From assembly GCA_965233585.1 (NCBI GenBank), contig CBDDTI010000376.1, positions 1-29,849 on the forward strand: a DNA stretch of 29,849 nucleotides. Direction: 5' to 3'. Positions 22,991 through 29,849 of the stretch are shown piece after piece. The DNA is from a bacterium (lineage in GTDB: Bacteria > SAR324 > NAC60-12). The position numbers were made by a program, and so were the translations under genes. How positions within the stretch are numbered: position 1 is the first letter of the stretch; each line of letters starts with the position of its first letter. The notes beneath the pieces are model-generated. The model did no database searches. It worked only from the letters and a program-made list of their open reading frames with translations, and had not been told where the DNA came from.

Positions 22991-23802
22991 ACATAAATAA
23001 TATAAAATACTATGGTCGGCCAGCTTTTTCGAACAGCGGGGAATTACGATAAGAATAAGAATCAATATATTTTTTTTTTAAAATAAAAATAATTCGAAAT
23101 ATTATTTATCAATTAAAAAAATTAAATTTTAAAATTTTCGGCGAATTAATATAATAAATTATTTATCAATTAAAAAATTTGAATAAACAAGTAGTAGCGG
23201 GGCGTACTGTAAATTTGTGAAGATTTGTCAAGATCTTTGGAGATATGAGAAGTAAAATGCTGACATCAATAGTAAAAAAATAAACAAATAATACAACTTC
23301 AAAATATATCAAAATATCAATTACCACATTGGGGTTCCAAGCCGTAATTCATTCTCCATTTCGGATCCCACCAAGCCTCAATTCCATACACCAAATCCTC
23401 CCAGTCCTAATATCAATTAATATATTATTACTAATATTACGATCTAGCTTGACCCAGAGCGCGTGCGCGCAGTTTCTCGAGGCTAATTTTCCCAAAAATC
23501 TGCTACTTTTGGGAAAATTGGCAAATACAAACTTAGTCTGCGCGAATACAAACTAAGTCTGTGCTTCCTGGGCCCCCTGCGCGGAGGTTGAAATTTTACT
23601 ACTATTTTTGGAAAATCATTTTTGGTTTTCCCAAAAAAGTGATACTTTTTTGGGAAAAATTCTATTCTTTCCAGTCAGTGTCCCACTAAGCAAATGCAGT
23701 ACGGTCGGTCAGGGTCGGTCGGGGGTTAGTTCGATTCCCCCTGGTCCAGTGTCGCTTGGTATTCAGTTGTGTTTGAGCATGTGTCTTCTGATTTCCCCCG
23801 TA

Positions 23803-24022
23803 GGTCTCTCATGGATCAGTTGAGCTTTCGTTTTACGTTTCCGTTCTTCTGCATGTACCGAATGCGTCTATCACTCTTTTGAGTGCACTTTCGGCCCCAA
23901 CGTCGCTCGGTCAATCTCTCCTGCATCAGTTGCGCTTTCGTTTTACGTTTCCGTTCTTCTGAATGTACCGCATGCGTCTATCACTCTTCTGAGTGCACTT
24001 TTGGCCCCACTGTCGCTCGGTC
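23803..24022. repeat. Tandem duplication with a 110-bp period (2 copies)
   Basis: GCTTTCGTTTTACGTTTCCGTTCTTCTG...GTCGCTCGGTC starts at 23824 and 23934. Confidence 0.9.
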
Positions 24023-24103
24023 GGTTTTTCAGTTCCATTCCAAAAAGGGTCTTCTGGGAGCTTTGGTTTTGCGTCCACTGTCGCTCGGTAGGTCTCTCAT
24101 TGG

Positions 24104-24412
24104 TCTGTTGTTGTTGTTGCTGTTGTTGCTGTTGTTGTTGTTGCTGTTGTTGCTGTTGTTGCTGTTGTTGCTGTTGTTGTTGTTGGTGTTGGTGTTGGCG
24201 TTGGTATTGGCGTTTGCGTTGGCGTTGGTGTTGTCGTTGGGGTTGTTGTTCTGGTTGTTGTTCTGGTTGTTGTTCTGGTTGTTGTTCTGGTTGTTGTTTT
24301 GGTTGTTGTTTTGTTGTTGTTTTGTTGTTGTTTGTTGTTATTGTTGTTGTTTGTTGTTTGTTGTTGTTGTTCGTTGTTGGTTGTTGTTTTTGGTGGTGGT
24401 ATTGTTGTTATT
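24104..24412. repeat. (TTG/CTG)n microsatellite with 12-bp TTCTGGTTGTTG subunits
   Basis: Directly visible. Confidence 0.95.
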
Positions 24413-24829
24413 TTTTTAATTTTGATTATATATTAATTATTTGGTTTTTTTCTCATTCGAATTTCCTATATAAAATGGGGTTTAAGGCTCCTACAAGACG
24501 GGTTTTATGGGTTATTTTGTAGTGAAACTACCTTGTGAAAAGGTCTAAGGTCTACTTTAAATTTGAATAGTAAATTATTTTGTAGAAAAAAATATCGGGG
24601 TCTATGGATAAAGATAGAAATTTGATCGAAAAAGGGACTTTTTAAGGCTAGATAATTTATAGTGAAATTACCGAATTCCATTGAGGATTTTTAAAGATTG
24701 GAATCCCTGTATTTTGTAGTGAATTTATTGTGTTTTTGGTTAAAATTAAAATGAAGAAAACATATTTATTAAAAAGTATATTAGATAAATATATAGAAAA
24801 GTAGGAAATTATGTTATGTTTCAAAAGTA

Positions 24830-25752
24830 TTCAATAGTCAGACATGCCCGTGGCATCCGGAGTATTTTGCTTGAAATTTTGGCGTCAAGATGGTACCGTC
24901 AGGAATATCATTACTTCTGCGCGGTTCAGTTGTGTGACAGGGGCGTTGAAACACCTGCATGGGATACTGCGCGGGGATGTTGGCGCATCTTGACGCAAGG
25001 TTAGGGATGGTTAGGGAATATAATAGAATAAAAATATGAGCAAATATTATGTTTTAATATTTTTGAAAAATACCGGGGCCACTACTAAATGGGTGGCTCC
25101 AATCCCACCCCTACTAAACGGGTAGCTCTAACCCTTCCCCATTTAATTTCGGAATATTATTATATTTTAATTTAATTTAGATGTTATTTATCAATATATG
25201 TCTACATATTTTTTATTTCTTGCCATGTACTCGAGAAAATTGGGAGGAATGGACTGGCAGATTTAGGCACTCCATTTTGTAATATTTTTATAATTTAAAA
25301 TCGTTTTGTATACCCAATGGTAACCCATTTTATAGTATTATTATGGAGTAAAATTATTTTGTACACCCAATAGAGGCACCACTAATTCCTACGGCGCTGC
25401 TCTAAGTCATACGATGCAACAAGATCATGACCAGCCTCAAGGTGAAGAAAACTATCATCACTTTTACTGGTGCAAGTATCTTGCTATATTGGCCCGGCCA
25501 GGTTGGACCTATTCTGTTACCTTGGATTTTTATGGATTTTCGTTATATTCCCTAACCATTCCTAACCTTGGGTTAAGATGTGCCAACATCCCCGCGCAGT
25601 ATCCCATGTTGGTGCTTCAACGCCCCCGTCACACAAGCGAACCGCGCAGAAGTAATGATAACCCTGGAGGTACCATCTTGACATCAAGACTTCAAGCCAA
25701 AATATACTCCGATTGCCACGGGCTAACTATTAAGACACGTCTGACTATTGAA
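24830..25752. repeat. Inner inverted repeat with arms of about 200 bp (24830-25023 / 25543-25752) and a spacer of about 520 bp
   Basis: The arms align throughout, e.g. ATCATTACTTCTGCGCGGTTC / GAACCGCGCAGAAGTAATGAT and CATGGGATACTGCGCGGGGATGTTGGC / GCCAACATCCCCGCGCAGTATCCCATG. The right arm has a short insertion near 25724-25738. Confidence 0.92.
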
Positions 25753-26699
25753 CATGTGTATCAATGTGTTTTCCAATCTCTGGTCGCCTGCGCAAGCGGT
25801 GAGAGGCCATAGCGCAGCGAGACAATCGGTATAGCTGCAAGAAAAATAAGCGAATATTTTTGTGCCAGACGACATCCTCAAGTTGGGTTCTTGGTGTGTT
25901 TTAGATTTACTACAAAATAGATATTTTGAAATTAATCACGTAAAGTAGTTTTTAATTTTTCAAATTGCTCAGGGCCCCTCGGAGCCTATTTTTAGTCTAC
26001 AAATTAGGTCTTAAAAAATGGTTAAAAAGAGCCTTTGAAAATTATTTTAATAAAAAAAATAAAATCAATCTTGTTTTAATTAATTTTCAACACTTATTTT
26101 AAAGTAAAAAGGCCTATCCAAGGCCAGGTACTTTGTAGAGAAATTTCCAGGCAGCCCATTTTGTAAATTAAATCAAATTATTTTATAAAAAAAATACCGG
26201 GACTACTACTAAATAGGTAACTCCAACCCCACCCCCCTAACTCGAAGGAAGATAATTTTTTGGGATTTATTCAACATACTTAACGTAAATCTCCCGCTAT
26301 TAGAAACAGCAGGCCGACCAATATATTATATAATATTATATATTAAATCCCATATAATTACACTAATTTATAAATCGAAATTTCCGAAATTACAACCAAT
26401 TATAAGTATTAAAAATAAAACAATATATTTAAAATTAAGATTTCAAATTCAAAAATAACATAAAAAATCAAGTCGGATCTTGCCAATAATCATAACCATA
26501 AGAAAGAAAAAAGTAATATATTATAATTAACTACAATATATTAATACAATTTATTATAAAAATAAATTATTTAATTCTAAACCGAACCAATAAATTCAAG
26601 AAAAAACTATTCCCAGCCTTACAAACAAAAAACAAACAAACATATATATAATTAAAAATACCAATCGGAAACCTATATTAGTATTTTTAATTACCTACC

Positions 26700-29645
26700 T
26701 ACTCTTCACATACTACCAAATACTCCCCAAAATTACAACCAAAAACTAATTCCCAAAGTTACGTTATCGAAGCCTATTTCGCGTATAGCAAGGTCCATTA
26801 TTATTCCAGAAAATTATTTATAAAATTATTCTCCAAAATTCTTCCCGAAATCTGCTCTCCAAAGCTGGTTCCCGAAACTGCCCCAGAGCAGCTCTCCACA
26901 ACCCCGAAGCTAATTCCCAATACTATTTCCAAAAATATTCCGGAATAAAATTCCCAAAATTATCCAAAATAATTATCCAAAATTCCTTATAAATACATAC
27001 CCGAAAATTATTATTTTTCGAAATAAGTAAAGAAAAAATTAATCAAAATTATTCTTAAAATTATTTATGAACAGTAACTATTACCCCAAAATTACGACTT
27101 TTCAAATTTATTTGTAAAATTATTTCCGAAAATTACTCCCCAAAATTAATGTTCTTCAAAATAATTAATCCTCAAATTTGTTCCGGAAAGCTTGCCAAAG
27201 TTACATCTGTTCCCCAAAACACCTCTGCGAAGCGGTTGCCCCAAAGCGGCTATGCTTCAAACCTATTCCCCAAAGTTATTCTCCAAAGCGGCTCCCGAAA
27301 GCTGCTCGTCATTCAAAGCTGCTGTTCAAAGCTGCTCCGCCTCAAAGTTGCTCCGAATAGCTGCTAAGCTTGCCCCGAAAAGTTGTTTCCGAAAGCGGTT
27401 TCCCAAAGCTGCTTTCTAAAGCTATTTCCCAAAGCTATCGTTTTTCAAAGCAACTGTCCGTCAATGCTGCTTTCAAAGCCGCAAAGTTGCTCCCCACAGT
27501 TGCTCCCCAAAGCTGCTCTTCAAAGTTGCTACCGAAAGCCGCGTCCCAAAAACGCTCCCCAAAATTCCAATGTTAATACCTGAAGTTGCCTCAAAGCTGG
27601 TCCGAAAAGCTGTCCAAAGCTGCTCCCCAAAGCTGTTCCCCGGCGCTGCTCCCCAAAGTTGTGCCCCAAAGCTGTTCTCCAAAGCTGTTGCCCTAAAGCT
27701 GCGATTCTGCAAACCTGTTCACCAAAACGGCTCCCCAAAGCCATTCTGCAAAGCGGCTCCTAAAAGCTGCGCCCCAAACTTGCTACCAAAAGCTGCTGTC
27801 CAAAGCCACAGCCCCAAAGCTGCAACTCTTCAAACCTTATACCCCCAAATAGCTCCCCAAAACTATTCTGCAAAGAGGCTCCCGAAAGCTGCTCCCGAAA
27901 GTTGCTACTGAAAGCTGCTCCCCGAAGTTGTTTGTAAAATTGCCCCCGAAAGCTGCTGTTCTTCAAAGCAATTGTTCCTGAAAGTTGCTCCGGACAGCTT
28001 GCCAAAGCTGCTCCCCAAAGTGGTTCCCCGAAGCTGCTTCCCAAAGCTGTTCTCCAAAGCACCTCTGCAAAGCGGTTGCCCCAAAGCGGCTATGCTTCAA
28101 ACCTATTCCCCAAAGCTAGTCTCCAAAGCGACTCCCGAAAGCTGCTCCTCAAAGTTGCTGCCGAAAGCTGCTCCCCAAAGTTGTGTTCACAAAGGTGCTC
28201 CCCAAAGCTGAAATTTTTCAAAGCTGCCGTGCAAAGCTGCTCCTCAAAGCTCCTCCCTAAAGCTGCTCCCCAAAGCTGTTCCCCTGCGCTGCTCCACAAA
28301 ATTGTGCCCAAAGCTGTTCTCCAAAGCTGTTGCCCCAAAGCTGCGGAAAGCTGCTCCCCAAAGTTGCTGCCGAAAATTGCTCCCCAAAGTTGCGTTCCAA
28401 AAGCTACTCCCCAAAGGTGCTCCCCAAAGCTGCGGTTCTTCAAAGCTGCCGTGCAAAGCTGCTCCTCAAAGCTGCTCCCTAAAGCTGCTCCCCAAAGCTG
28501 TTCCCCTGCGCTGATCCACAAAGTTGTGCCCAAAGCTGTTCTCCAAAGCTGTTGCCCGAAAGCTGCGATTCTGCACACCTGTTTGCCAAAACGTCTCCCC
28601 AAAGCCATTCTGCAAAGCGGCTCCCGAAAGCTGCGCCCCAAAGTTGCTAAGCCTGCCCCCGAAAGTTGTTTCCGAAAGCGACTTCTAAAAGTTGCTTTCT
28701 AAAGCTACTCCCCAAAGCTGTCGTTCTTCAAAGCAACTGTCCGTCAATGCTGCTGCAATCAATGCCGCAAAGTTGCTCCCCACAGTTGCTCCCCAACTTC
28801 CGAAAGCTGTTCTCCAAAGCACCTCTGCAAAGCGGTTGCCTCAAAGCGGCTATGCTTCAAACCTGTTCCCCAAAGCTATTCTCCAAAGCGACTCCCGAAA
28901 GCTGCTCCCCAAAGTTGCGGTTCTTCAAAGCTGCCGTGCAAAGCTGCTCCTCAAAGCTGCTCCCTAAAGCTGCTCCCCAAAGCTGTTCCCCTGCGCTGCT
29001 CCACAAAGTTGTGCCCAAAGCTGTTCTCCAAAGCTGTTGCCCCAAAGCTGCGGAAAGCTGCTCCCCAAAGTTGCTGCTGCCCGAAGCTGCCAGCTGGTCG
29101 GAAAGCTGTCCAAAGTTGCTCCCCAAAGCTGCTACCCAAAGCTGTTCCCCGGCGCTGCTCCCCAAAGTTGTGCCCCAAAGCTGTTCTCCAAAGCTGTTGC
29201 CCTAAAGCTGCGATTCTGCAAACCTGTTCACCAAAACGGCTCCCCAAAGCCATTCTGCAAAGCGGCTCCCGAAAGCTGCGCCTCAAAGTTGCTACCAGAA
29301 GCTGCTGTCCAAAGCCATAGCCCCAAAGCTGCAACTCTTCAAACCTATACACCAAAACGGCTCCCCAAAGCTATTCTGCAAAGCGGCTCCCGAAAGCTGC
29401 TCCCGAAAGTTGCTACTGAAAGCTGCTCCCCGAAGTTGTTTGTAAAGCTGCCCCCGAAAGCTGTTCTTCAAAGCAATTGTTCCTGAAAGTTGCTCCGGAC
29501 AGCTTGCCAAAGCTGCTTCCCAAAGCTGCTGTCCAAAGCTATTGCCCGAAAGCTGCGATTCTTCAAATATATACCCTAAAACGTTTCCCCAAAGCTATTC
29601 TGCAAAGCGGCTCCCGAAAGTTGCTACTGAAAGCTGCTCCCCGAA
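26700..29645. repeat. Satellite of ~12-13-bp degenerate monomers (CCCCAAAGCTGCT) with longer duplicated blocks; left end AT-degraded
   Basis: Very many AAAGCTG/CCCCAAAG units. They produce the stacked spurious ORFs at 27149-29671. Confidence 0.95.
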
Positions 29646-29849
29646 GTGGTTTGTGTACAGGCAGATCGTAATATTAGTAGTAATAAATTGAGGACATGCC
29701 GTTATAGATTGCGGCTTGCAATTCTTGGGGCGCAACAGTGAACAGCCATGCGGTCTACACCGAGGGCACCGCCACAGGGTTAACATGACTAAATGTGTAG
29801 TCATATGAAAATATGCGACTGGTTTGGTTGTGTAACTTCATTCCGCTAG

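Larger units (their letters stand above)
23013..26320. repeat. Outer inverted pair of a ~37-bp motif (23013-23048 / 26284-26320)
   Basis: TGGTCGGCCAGCTTTTTCGAACAGCGGGGAATTACG versus the reverse complement TGGTCGGCCTGCTGTTTCTAATAGCGGGAGATTTACG. Confidence 0.8.

Noticed and set aside
23883..24522. Poly-Leu and poly-Cys ORFs
   Set aside because: They are readings of the TTG/CTG microsatellite.
24999..25016. Telomere-like TTAGGG x2
   Set aside because: Only two non-adjacent units occur, inside a repeat arm, so this is not a telomeric array.
27149..29671. Many overlapping ORFs (KLLPKAAPQSCS...)
   Set aside because: They are translations of a stop-poor satellite in several frames and on both strands.

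Overview
Eukaryotic nuclear DNA, very likely from a symbiotic dinoflagellate (Symbiodiniaceae). This rests on a degenerate Symbiodiniaceae-like 18S rDNA fragment and on GT/GC/GA splice donors with AG|G acceptors. The left part (1-16.6 kb) is genic on the + strand. It holds a UMP-CMP kinase (adenylate kinase family) gene split into at least 11 short exons (9501-16383), with one apparent +1 frameshift and one segment I could not place. Several candidate upstream exons have no recognisable product. Two composite repeat elements with shared termini but unrelated minisatellite cores lie at about 6383-8530 and 11700-13380, and an 18S pseudogene fragment lies at 8579-8900. The right part (16.6-29.8 kb) is a gene-free repeat domain with a non-LTR retrotransposon relic, nested inverted repeats, microsatellites and a 3-kb CCCCAAAGCTG satellite. 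The most striking signal is at about 17.0-27.2 kb. Repeat copies there differ from intact copies elsewhere in this window almost only by G>A and C>T transitions, while CpG is largely spared. This is either a RIP-like or deaminase-like hypermutation process or a consensus artefact, and raw reads are needed to decide. All calls were made by eye, without database searches.
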